From positions 1 to 64,000 of the forward strand of contig JBEKDT010000018.1 of NCBI GenBank assembly GCA_050014195.1: a stretch of 64,000 nt of DNA, given 5' to 3'. The DNA comes from Desulfomonilia bacterium. Its GTDB lineage: Bacteria > Desulfobacterota > Desulfomonilia > UBA1062. The notes below the pieces were generated by a model. That model searched no databases, was not told where the DNA came from, and saw nothing but the letters and a program-made list of their open reading frames with translations. Positions 1 to 8,683 of this stretch are shown one piece after another; position 1 is the stretch's first letter; the number at the start of each line of letters is the position of its first letter. Position numbers and translations under genes: made by a program.

Positions 1-454
1 ATTGATTTGGAATATCAGTGTGTTGCATGATAACCATAGCAGATATTCTCTAAATCTCCAATGAGAAAATGCTCTTTTACTCAATTATTTCAACTAACTA
101 TACTTTCCGGATGGGCACTAATTAAGCTGGAACCACTAAAATGTAATACCTGAAGTTTCGCATCCCTAATTGTCATGATGAAGAAGGAAATAATCGAAGA
201 AAAGTAGCGTAAGAAACGATTTTATAATACCGGTAATTCCTTCGATAAATTTATGACTTATATCTCGGGATTCCAATCATAGAGTACGTGCCATTCATTA
301 TGGTTAGCCCAAAATGTTGATTACTTTGATAACTATACGATTTCCCCTTAACTAGACCAGCCACTGATCTCTGATAATTATCTCTTATGAATTCCCATCA
401 CACATCCTTGACAATCATGTTTCCACAATGCCATAGGTTTTTTAGGAGGTTTCC

Positions 455-628
455 ATGCCGATTGATAAAGAACTGCTCGACATCCTCGTCTGCCCCAAGT
501 GCAAGGGCGAGCTTGTCCTTGAAAAAGACGAAAGCGGGCTTGTCTGCAATGCGTGCAGACTGAAATACCGCATAGAGGATGAAATCCCCATCATGCTCAT
601 CGATGAGGCCATACCCCTGGACAAATAA
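455..628 (+). CDS. Trm112/YcaR-family small zinc-ribbon protein (57 aa, not in ORF track)
   Basis: Manual translation MPIDKELLDILVCPKCKGEL...LVCNACRLKYRIEDEIPIMLIDEA; AGGAGG RBS upstream; stop 2 nt before next gene. Confidence 0.9.
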   Translation: MPIDKELLDILVCPKCKGELVLEKDESGLVCNACRLKYRIEDEIPIMLIDEAIPLDK

Positions 629-630
629 GC

Positions 631-1434
631 ATGGACAAAGAGACAAGGGCGGCCGAGGCACTGGGATCATTTCAAGGGGCCCGGGCCGCCGTCATCCTCG
701 GTACAGGGCTCGGCATCATGGAGAAGGAGATCAATATCCATGAAGCAATACCCTACTCAAAGATTCCGGGCTTTCCCGAATCAACGGTCACAAGCCACTC
801 CGGCAGGCTGTTGAGGGGCTCTCTGGGCGGGAAGGATGTGGTGGTCATGAGCGGACGCTTCCACCTCTACGAGGGATATACCGCCGAAGAGGCGACCCTG
901 CCTATCCGCGTATTCAAACTCCTGGGCATCAAAACGCTGTTCATCTCAAATGCTGCCGGAGGCCTCAGGAAGGCCTTATTGCCGGGCAGCGCCATGCTCA
1001 TCACCGACCATATCAACCTGACCGGGTGCAACCCCTTGGTGGGCCCAAACAAGGACCATCTCGGCCCGCGCTTCCCCGATATGACGCAGCCCTATAACCG
1101 GCGGTTGAACAACCTTGCCAGGAAACATGCCAAGGATAAGTCAATCCGGCTGCACGAGGGCGTATATGTCCAGCTCATGGGCCCCTCCATGGAGACCGCT
1201 GCCGAGACCTGGATGCTCCAGAGGATCGGCGCGGATGCCGTGGGCATGTCCACGGTCATGGAGGTGATCGAAGGCGTGCACTGCGGCATGGAGGTCCTCG
1301 CCGTCTCGGCCATCACCAACAACAACGACCCGGACAGTTACCTCCCCGTGCCCATCGAGACCGTTATCGCCATGGCCGAAAAGGCCGGGCCTACTATTGC
1401 AGACATCTTCAGGGGAGTGCTTGTGGCTCTGTGA
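631..1434 (+). CDS. punA: purine-nucleoside phosphorylase (trimeric PNP family)
   Basis: ILGTGLG, GRFHLYEG, SNAAGG, DHIN, GPSMET.AE and GADAVGMST motifs. Confidence 0.92.
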   Translation: MDKETRAAEALGSFQGARAAVILGTGLGIMEKEINIHEAIPYSKIPGFPESTVTSHSGRLLRGSLGGKDVVVMSGRFHLYEGYTAEEATLPIRVFKLLGIKTLFISNAAGGLRKALLPGSAMLITDHINLTGCNPLVGPNKDHLGPRFPDMTQPYNRRLNNLARKHAKDKSIRLHEGVYVQLMGPSMETAAETWMLQRIGADAVGMSTVMEVIEGVHCGMEVLAVSAITNNNDPDSYLPVPIETVIAMAEKAGPTIADIFRGVLVAL

Positions 1435-1581
1435 CAGCAGCAATTCAGTAGTGAGTGGTCTGTGGAGAGCTATAATCACTAAGATATGACCCTACCGCAT
1501 TTACTGAAGAATCTGAATTGGATCTGATCCCAAAGATTATATTGAGAAATATTCAATATGGCTAAAGTGTAGGTGATGGCA

Positions 1582-1689
1582 GAGTCTGTTGAAAAAGCCC
1601 AAATCATAGGTTTTCGATATTTTTATGTGATGTAAATTCAATCAGTTGGAAAATAGAAAAATTGAATTTTGAGGTTTTTCAACAATCTC
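1582..1689. mobile_element. MITE-like element (~108 bp) with terminal inverted repeats
   Basis: Left end GAGTCTGTTGAAAAA vs reverse complement of right end GAGATTGTTGAAAAA (13/15); AT-rich interior with no ORF. Confidence 0.55.
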
Positions 1690-1720
1690 GCACGTAATCT
1701 ATGGTTTAAGTATTTTAATC

Positions 1721-1809
1721 ATAGGGTCAATTCCCCACAGTTTGTTGCGATTGCCCTATTCTTTATAAAATGTTTTGATACCCCATAGCTTGCTGCGGGG
1801 TGATTCATT
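1721..1809. repeat. palindromic element resembling IS200/IS605-type end hairpins (two related copies)
   Basis: CCCCACAGTTTGTTGCG (1733) and ATACCCCATAGCTTGCTGCGGGGTGAT (1778-1804); first copy flanked by ATAGGG..CAA/TTGCCCTAT inverted repeat. Confidence 0.5.
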
Positions 1810-1849
1810 ATTTGTTTTCCCATCGTTGGCATGGTAATTCTTAGCCATC

Positions 1850-2299
1850 ATGCCGGAGTTCTCTTCACGCTATCGCTTTGCTGAATGGCCAAATCCAGCA
1901 GTGCCATTGATCGCTGTCGGCTGCTATGCTGTTTGGGAAGGACAGCAACTGATCTACTACGGAATGTCTGGTCGAACGTTTTCTCCAACTAGCATTGCGG
2001 GTAAAAAGAAGTATGGACTTTACAACCGCCTCGAAAGCCATGCTTCCGGCCGTCTCAGCGGTGACCAGTTCTGCGCCTACGTTGCTAACCGGCTAGTTCT
2101 TCCGTCCTTGAGCCCTGGAATGCTACCTAGCTTTAAAACCGGGGAAATCAGCCTGGACTTCTTGACCAAGCAATACATTCATTCACGGCTTGAGTATCAA
2201 TTCACTTGTGTCTCAACAAGTACTGAGGCCTTCGCACTAGAACAAAAGTGTCGCAGAGGAGTTGTATTCGGAACTAAACCACTAATTAACCCAGCCTAA
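1850..2299 (+). CDS. GIY-YIG-like nuclease-domain protein
   Basis: GCYAVW-x5-IYYGMS, LYNRLESH, conserved late Glu (FALEQ) and terminal PLIN match the GIY-YIG layout. Confidence 0.6.
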   Translation: MPEFSSRYRFAEWPNPAVPLIAVGCYAVWEGQQLIYYGMSGRTFSPTSIAGKKKYGLYNRLESHASGRLSGDQFCAYVANRLVLPSLSPGMLPSFKTGEISLDFLTKQYIHSRLEYQFTCVSTSTEAFALEQKCRRGVVFGTKPLINPA

Positions 2300-2423
2300 A
2301 AGTGACGGCTACGCCTCCCATATTTGATGAACTTATATGTTGCTGTATTCCTTGTCTGCGGTACGATTCCCCCATCCCAAGAAAAAGACTCTTGCACAAC
2401 CCGGAATCAATAAATATCCTCTC

Positions 2424-2945
2424 TTATAACGATAGCAGTAGCACCAGGTCATTGCCTCTCACGGTGACATTTTTAAGAACCATCTTGGCAAGGTTTTGTT
2501 TATAGTCATCCTGGTTTAATTTATAGAGCGGGTGATCCTTGAAAATACTGTTCATGATCGAGGAGATCAAACCCATAAGTTTGTCCTTCTCTAATCTGGT
2601 TTCATTGTTCATTGTGATTTCAGTCATAACAAAATCACTCAGGTAAAAGGCTGCGCTTTCCGGTTTGTAAACAGGTTTACACTTAAAAGACATGTTCCCA
2701 TCGATCTCGTCTTTAAGGAGAGAAGCGGAATATTGCAGAGATAGACCGATATTGTTGTCCTGAAAAAATACCTTCGGGGAGAACAATCTGATGTTTGTCG
2801 CAAATGAACGCTTTTCAATAGGGAATCTCTTTTCAATCATCTTCTGAATAGTAGATTCTGGTATTGAGATTTCTTTTTCAAAATATTTGCATCCGGTGAA
2901 TACCATCAACAGCAGTATTATGGGTATCAACAGTTTTTTCATCAT
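2424..2945 (-). CDS. lipoprotein, DUF1439/YceB-like
   Basis: Lipobox FTGC after hydrophobic leader; ISIPESTIQKMIEKRFP start and VTVRGNDLVL end resemble DUF1439. Confidence 0.65.
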   Translation of the reverse strand: MMKKLLIPIILLLMVFTGCKYFEKEISIPESTIQKMIEKRFPIEKRSFATNIRLFSPKVFFQDNNIGLSLQYSASLLKDEIDGNMSFKCKPVYKPESAAFYLSDFVMTEITMNNETRLEKDKLMGLISSIMNSIFKDHPLYKLNQDDYKQNLAKMVLKNVTVRGNDLVLLLSL

Positions 2946-3489
2946 TCTCCATTTATGGGCAAATCATAAGATCGTTGCGTTATCATGCAATATAACTTCC
3001 CATGTCTCTTAGCATATGGGACCATTCATAACATCGCCTTATTCGCGTAGGATCGGTTTTGATTGCTCCCTCTATCATGTGGGTGAGGTCATCATTGAAC
3101 TCTTGCTCAAAACGTATACAGGCCGGTTATTTGAGATGTTAGGTATGACACACCACATCCTTGTATCTCTACAAAAAGCGCCGAATCGGCGTTTTTCCCA
3201 TGTCGAGTAAATAGGGGTTGGTTGAAGGATTAAGGGTGAAGTGATTTATATCAGAAGCGGATCGGGCGGATGTAATTTCGATTTATTCTCGCTTTTATGA
3301 TGTCTGGAAACTGAACATCTTGGTTTGAACCCTCCATAGCCAGTCACACAATTTCAGAGCGTGACCTTTTGCGCGAACTCTATAATTTTCTTAGATGAGA
3401 TAGCCGATCAGATCAAGTGGATGGAAGATCTTCTGGCAGCATAGTGCCTAAAACGGAGATGTGAAATTACAGAAATCAGGAGTCTTGAG

Positions 3490-4332
3490 TTGGATCGCTT
3501 GACTAAGATTGTATTTTTAATTGTCCTCATTAACCTGTTCACCCAGTTTGCATACGCATCTGGAGTCATGGTAAGCTGGGTAGAAAGTTCTGAAAGTAAT
3601 GTCGCTGGGTATTTGGTTTACTATGGAACTGCCTCTCACAAATACACGAGTGACGTTAATGCAGGTACTTTCACGTCTGTAGCAATTGATGGCCTAACTG
3701 CTGGTGTTACTTACTACTTTGCAGTGACAGCTTATGATAACTCAGGAAATCAGAGTGCATATTCCCAGGAGGTTCAGGTAACCATCCCTGCGGCCGTGAC
3801 TGTTAATACGGGTTCTGGATCTGGTTCAAGTTCAAGTTCTAGCTCAGGATCTATTTCTAGCTCTGGTTCAGGTTCAGGTTTAGGATCTGGTTCTAGCTCT
3901 GCTACAGAATCTGGCTCAGGTGTTGGCACTGAGTCAGCAACCTTCACCCTGAACGCCTCCGTTGTGAATGACTATGGGACGATTACATTTACCCCGTCTA
4001 CAGGATCTTATGCTCAAGATACGATTGTCAGCCTGACTGCTACACCGGATGAAGGCTATCAAGTGAAGGCCTGGACGGGTACTGACAACGATACCTCCAA
4101 AAACAACTCGAATACCGTAACAATGAACGCAAATCGGATTGTATCGGTAGAGTTTGAGGCTATCTCGAATGCCGAAGAGAATAATGATGGCGGGGGTAAA
4201 GACGATGGGCTCTGCTTCATATCAACTTCTGTGTCGGAAAGTCCTGTTTCTCAAAGAGCAACCGTCCTGGTACTTATTGGTATTGTGCTCATGGGTACTG
4301 CAAGTTTCTTAAGAAAATATACCAACAACTGA
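3490..4332 (+). CDS. secreted fibronectin type III + InlB-B-repeat-like protein with Ser/Gly linker and C-terminal CFI motif + TM anchor
   Basis: Signal peptide ending AYA; Fn3 motifs (VAGYLVYYGT, GLTAGVTYYFAVTAYD..GNQS); ATPDEGY..AWTG repeat motif; GGG..LCFIST, hydrophobic helix, basic RK tail. Confidence 0.75.
   Translation: MDRLTKIVFLIVLINLFTQFAYASGVMVSWVESSESNVAGYLVYYGTASHKYTSDVNAGTFTSVAIDGLTAGVTYYFAVTAYDNSGNQSAYSQEVQVTIPAAVTVNTGSGSGSSSSSSSGSISSSGSGSGLGSGSSSATESGSGVGTESATFTLNASVVNDYGTITFTPSTGSYAQDTIVSLTATPDEGYQVKAWTGTDNDTSKNNSNTVTMNANRIVSVEFEAISNAEENNDGGGKDDGLCFISTSVSESPVSQRATVLVLIGIVLMGTASFLRKYTNN
3811..3925 (+). repeat. low-complexity Ser/Gly linker (imperfect hexamer repeats)
   Basis: GGTTCT/GGATCT/GGTTCA/AGTTCA units encoding GSGSGSSSSSSSGS... 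Confidence 0.8.
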
Positions 4333-4564
4333 TATCCCGTAATACTCAAAACAGGCAGCTCCAAACTTGGCTCTACCAGTATGTGTCTGTTTGCAACAGA
4401 ATTGAGTTTCATCTTCTCCTTATAGATAGCACTATAGATTCATTCGATAACTCACCGGGCTGGAATTCTGAATATCCACCGTTGATTACTGCGATAACTC
4501 ACCACTTTTGAGAAAGCCCAGACAGTATAGTTTCAGAACCAGATCTATGGTTTATCCATTGATC

Positions 4565-4610
4565 TAACAAAAACCGTCCTGCAGGTCTTCCTGCAGGACG
4601 GTTTTTGTTA
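4565..4610. terminator. bidirectional intrinsic terminator
   Basis: Perfect 21-bp inverted repeat TAACAAAAACCGTCCTGCAGG-tctt-CCTGCAGGACGGTTTTTGTTA between convergent genes. Confidence 0.9.
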
Positions 4611-4628
4611 TCTATACTGAATATTACT

Positions 4629-7037
4629 TCAGCCGGCAGCCTTAGCCTGCTTGAGTTTGGGCTTCCCGGCGGCCCTTTCCTTCACGAACACGTGCTCCAG
4701 CACCTCGTCCATGGAGCTCACGGGGTAAAACTTCAACTTCTTCTTGACCAGCGGTGGTATTTCCTCGAGGTCCTTCTCGTTATCCCTGGGGATGATGATC
4801 TCGAAGATCTTGTTGCGGTGAGCGGCAAGGGTCTTTTCCTTGAGCCCGCCGATGGGGAGCACCTTGCCCCGCAGGGTGATCTCACCCGTCATGGCGATAT
4901 CCTTGCGCAGTGCCTTGTTGGTCAGCGCCGATATCACGGCCGTCGCCATGGTGATGCCTGCGGATGGACCGTCTTTGGGGATGGCGCCTGCCGGTACGTG
5001 CACATGGATGTCGTTGTCCTTGTTGAAGGTATCCGAGAGGCCGAGCTGCTTGGCACGTGAGCGGATATACGTCAATCCGGCCTGGGCGGATTCTTTCATC
5101 ACGTCTCCCAAGTGGCCGGTGAGCACCAGCTGGCCTCCCTTCCCTTCATGGCAGGGCAGGACTGATGCCTCTATGTAGAGGATCTCGCCGCCGAACTGCG
5201 TCCAGGCAAGGCCCGTGGAAACACCTACCTCATGCTCCTTGCGCTCCTGCTCTGGCAGGAATTTGGGCACGCCCAAATAGTTGGGCACACTCTTGGCAAC
5301 AATACGGTAGGCCTTCTTGCGCTTTCCGTTCTTCTCGGCGATATCGCGGGCCACCTTCCTGCAGATGGACCCGATCTCGCGCTCCAGATTTCTTACGCCG
5401 GCCTCTTTGGTATAGTGGTTGATGAGATCGAGCACCGATTCGTCTGAGAACTTGATGTCCTCGAACTTCATTCCATTTTCTTTCACCTGCCTGGTTACCA
5501 GGTAACGCTTTGCAATCTGCAGCTTCTCCTGATCGGTGTATCCGGGCAGCTCGATAATCTCCATCCTGTCCTTCAAGGGACCGGGGATGGGGTCGATAAG
5601 GTTTGCCGTGGTGATGAACATGACCTTGGAAAGATCGAAAGGCACATTCAGATAGTGGTCCTGGAACGAGAAGTTCTGTTCCGGATCAAGTACCTCCAAG
5701 AGTGCCGATGATGGGTCGCCCCGAAAGTCCTGCCCGATTTTATCCACCTCATCGATCATGAAGACCGGGTTGTTGGAGCCCGCCTGCTTGATGCCCTGGA
5801 CAATACGGCCCGGCATGGCGCCGATATAGGTGCGCCTGTGGCCCCTGATCTCGGCCTCATCGCGTACTCCGCCCATGGAAAGCCGGTAGAATTCCCTGCC
5901 TAAGGCCCGGGCAATGGACCTGCCGAGAGAGGTCTTGCCCACACCCGGAGGCCCCACGAAACACAGGATGGCGCCCTTCTTGTCGGGGTTGAGCTTACGG
6001 ACCGCCAGATATTCCAGGATGCGCTGCTTGACCTTTTCCAGGCCATAATGATCCTCATCCAGGATTTTGGCTGCAGCCTTTATATCGAGCCTGTCCTGGG
6101 TGGACTTGCCCCAGGGTAGATCGGTCATCCAATCGAGATACGTCCTGATGATATTTGCCTCGGCCGAGTCCTGATGCATCAACTTCAGCCGGTCGATCTG
6201 CTTGGTGGCCTCCTTTTTCACTTCCTCGGGCATCCCGGCATTGTTTATCTTTTCAAGGTAGTCCTCTATCTCTTTTCCCTTCTCATCCACTTCACCCAGC
6301 TCCTGCTGAATGGCTCGCAACTGCTCGCGCAGGAAGTATTCGCGCTGGGTCTTGCTCATCTCCTCCTTGGCCTGGGACTGGATCCTGGCCTGGACCTCGG
6401 AGAGCTCCATCTCCTTGCTCAGGAGCTGGTTCACATGTCTGAGACGTTCCACCGGGTCGATAATCTCGAGCACATGCTGGGATTCCTCCACCTTGAGCCT
6501 TAAGTTCGATGCCACCAGATCGGCCAGCCTTCCCGGGTCGTCGATGGCCTCCAGGATGGACAGCGCATCGGGTGAGACGATGCCTCTGAGCTGGAGTATC
6601 CTCTCGGACTGCTCCTTGACCGTGCGCATCATGGCCTCCACCTCGACGGTGATCTCCTTGAGCTCGGGTTCCTCGATCTTCTCGATATCAACGCTGAAGA
6701 ACCCTTTTTCATCCTTGATGAACTTCTTGATGCGGGCCTTTGCAACACCCTGGACCAATATCTTCACCCTGCCGTCGGGCAGCTTGAGCATCCTGATGAC
6801 CATGGCCACGGTGCCGACGGTGAATATCTGATCTTCGACGGGCTCCTCAATGGTGGAGTCCTTCTGGGCGGCGAGAAAGATATACCGGTCCTTGTTGAGC
6901 GCCTCATCCACCGCCTTGATGGAAATACCCCTTCCCACGAACAAGGGCAGAATCATGTATGGGTATATGACGACATCCCTTATGGGAAGAAGCGGTATAT
7001 TCTCAGGTATCTCTATTGCTTGCTTCTCATTCTCCAT
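4629..7037 (-). CDS. lon: ATP-dependent Lon protease
   Basis: LON N-domain, Walker [19 protein letters not shown], catalytic PKDGPSAG and GGLKEK. Confidence 0.98.
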   Translation of the reverse strand: MENEKQAIEIPENIPLLPIRDVVIYPYMILPLFVGRGISIKAVDEALNKDRYIFLAAQKDSTIEEPVEDQIFTVGTVAMVIRMLKLPDGRVKILVQGVAKARIKKFIKDEKGFFSVDIEKIEEPELKEITVEVEAMMRTVKEQSERILQLRGIVSPDALSILEAIDDPGRLADLVASNLRLKVEESQHVLEIIDPVERLRHVNQLLSKEMELSEVQARIQSQAKEEMSKTQREYFLREQLRAIQQELGEVDEKGKEIEDYLEKINNAGMPEEVKKEATKQIDRLKLMHQDSAEANIIRTYLDWMTDLPWGKSTQDRLDIKAAAKILDEDHYGLEKVKQRILEYLAVRKLNPDKKGAILCFVGPPGVGKTSLGRSIARALGREFYRLSMGGVRDEAEIRGHRRTYIGAMPGRIVQGIKQAGSNNPVFMIDEVDKIGQDFRGDPSSALLEVLDPEQNFSFQDHYLNVPFDLSKVMFITTANLIDPIPGPLKDRMEIIELPGYTDQEKLQIAKRYLVTRQVKENGMKFEDIKFSDESVLDLINHYTKEAGVRNLEREIGSICRKVARDIAEKNGKRKKAYRIVAKSVPNYLGVPKFLPEQERKEHEVGVSTGLAWTQFGGEILYIEASVLPCHEGKGGQLVLTGHLGDVMKESAQAGLTYIRSRAKQLGLSDTFNKDNDIHVHVPAGAIPKDGPSAGITMATAVISALTNKALRKDIAMTGEITLRGKVLPIGGLKEKTLAAHRNKIFEIIIPRDNEKDLEEIPPLVKKKLKFYPVSSMDEVLEHVFVKERAAGKPKLKQAKAAG

Positions 7038-7048
7038 TCATTTATCTC

Positions 7049-7450
7049 CTAAGCGATCTCTATTCGCTTGATCTTCTTAACTCCGTCTTCAGCCCTCGTA
7101 ACCCTGATCTTTAAGACACCGTCAATGAAATTGGCCTCTATCTTCTCAAGGTTGAACCGCTCGGGGATATCCAGTTCCCTGGTAAACTTGCCAAAGCCGC
7201 GTTCCATCCTTACGTATCGGACCCCTCTATTGGCCAGGACATCCTTTTTCATGCCGGTGATCATCAAGGTTCTGCCTATTACCTCGACGTTCACATCATC
7301 AGGGTTGACCCCCGGAATCTCCAGTTCGACGCACAGCCCATCGGAGTTCTCATACACATCGAGCGCCGGATAGTAGACGCCGAGTCTTTCCTCGTTTGCG
7401 TCCGGCCCCAAGAGCAATCCTATAACTTCTTGAAATCTCAAATTAAACAT
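7049..7450 (-). CDS. Hsp20/alpha-crystallin small heat-shock protein
   Basis: PALDVYE, EIPGV, ER.FGKFTR, A.F.DGVLKI motifs; directly upstream of lon. Confidence 0.92.
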   Translation of the reverse strand: MFNLRFQEVIGLLLGPDANEERLGVYYPALDVYENSDGLCVELEIPGVNPDDVNVEVIGRTLMITGMKKDVLANRGVRYVRMERGFGKFTRELDIPERFNLEKIEANFIDGVLKIRVTRAEDGVKKIKRIEIA

Positions 7451-7592
7451 CTAAAGTCCTTTTTTTTATAAGTCAATAATACCTTTATAGGATCAGTTCA
7501 TTGCAAGTCAAGATCCTGTGTTGTTCCTATCATTCTCATCGGAAAAAGGAGGATGAAAAATTGAGAGGTTTTTTCCGAAGGTTATCAAATGG

Positions 7593-8609
7593 TCAGCAGA
7601 TGCGCGGGATTAACTCCCCTTCAGGGAGATCCAACTCCCTCGATCCACCCACAACGGTGCGTAGGATGACCCGGCTGCGGCCTGTCTGGGTGACCCTCCC
7701 GATGACGGCTGAGCCGCCTCCCAGAGGATGGCCTTTCATGACGGAGAGAACCTTGTCCGCATCGGATCCGGCACAGATCACCACCATCTTCCCTTCATTG
7801 GCAATGAATATCGGATCAAGCCCCAGTATCTCACAGAGCCCCCTTACATCATCCCGCACCGGGATCTGCTGCTCCTCGATCTCAAAGGCGAGCGATGATG
7901 CCATAGCGGCCTCCACCAGGACCGCACCGAGTCCGCCCCTGGTGGCGTCGCGCATGAAGCGAATGTTTTTGCTCACTGCCAGGACATCCTCAACCAGACC
8001 GTTCAGGGCTGCAGAATCAGAGAGGATGCTGGATCTGAAGCCGAGGTCCTGCCTGGTGCTGAGGATTGCCGCACCATGATCGCCGATGGTACCGCTTATG
8101 ATAATACAATCGTCTTTTCTGATGGACTTGGGAGATATGGCGGCTTTATATTCCACTATCCCAAGGCCTGAGGTATTGATAAAGATCTTATCGGCCGAGC
8201 CCTTGGGCACCACCTTGGTATCACCCGTGACTACCTGAACGCCGGCGGTCTTCGCGGCTTTTCCCATAGAGGTGATGATCCTTTCAAGATCATGTCTGGG
8301 AAAACCCTCTTCCAGAATGAGACCAACACTGATAAACTGCGGTTTTCCACCGCACATGGCGATGTCGTTCACCGTGCCGTGTATTGCAAGTGAACCGATG
8401 TCGCCGCCGGGGAAGAAGATCGGGTCCACCACATAGGAATCCGTAGTGAAACAAACCTTCTTTTTCCCAATGGTGATAACTGCACTGTCAAGCATCTGGT
8501 CGAGGTAATCGTTCTTGAACACCGGCATAAAGGCATCATGAATCAGGGCATTCATGAGCAACCCGCCGCTGCCGTGCTCTAAGAGTATCCTTTCATCCTT
8601 CATACGCAT
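7593..8609 (-). CDS. hypE: hydrogenase maturation protein HypE
   Basis: HGSGG, TTDSYVVDP, GTVND, GDTKVV, MRDATRGG, C-terminal PRIC. Confidence 0.97.
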   Translation of the reverse strand: MRMKDERILLEHGSGGLLMNALIHDAFMPVFKNDYLDQMLDSAVITIGKKKVCFTTDSYVVDPIFFPGGDIGSLAIHGTVNDIAMCGGKPQFISVGLILEEGFPRHDLERIITSMGKAAKTAGVQVVTGDTKVVPKGSADKIFINTSGLGIVEYKAAISPKSIRKDDCIIISGTIGDHGAAILSTRQDLGFRSSILSDSAALNGLVEDVLAVSKNIRFMRDATRGGLGAVLVEAAMASSLAFEIEEQQIPVRDDVRGLCEILGLDPIFIANEGKMVVICAGSDADKVLSVMKGHPLGGGSAVIGRVTQTGRSRVILRTVVGGSRELDLPEGELIPRIC

Positions 8610-8630
8610 ATGCCCCTTTCAATATCTTGG

Positions 8631-8682
8631 TTGTAGGAGCGGCTTAAAGCCGCGACAGTCGCGCCTGAAGGCGCTCCTACAA
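8631..8682. repeat. GTAG-family REP doublet (REPIN-like)
   Basis: TTGTAGGAGCGGCTTAAAGCCGCGA-cag-TCGCGCCTGAAGGCGCTCCTACAA: two inverted GTAG-headed palindromes. Confidence 0.8.
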
Positions 8683-8683
8683 T

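Noticed and set aside
1-400. AT-rich window start
   Set aside because: No ORF or structure that can be supported without upstream context
1828-1842. Sigma54 promoter before the GIY-YIG gene
   Set aside because: -12 element is TTCT, not TTGC
2285-2420. Integron attC site after the GIY-YIG gene
   Set aside because: No paired RYYYAAC/GTTRRRY ends or internal palindrome found
3016-3210. 64-aa ORF in the divergent intergenic region
   Set aside because: No RBS or recognisable motif; likely spurious
3434-3448. Sigma54 promoter before the Fn3 gene (TGGCAG...TGC)
   Set aside because: GG-GC spacing is one base short
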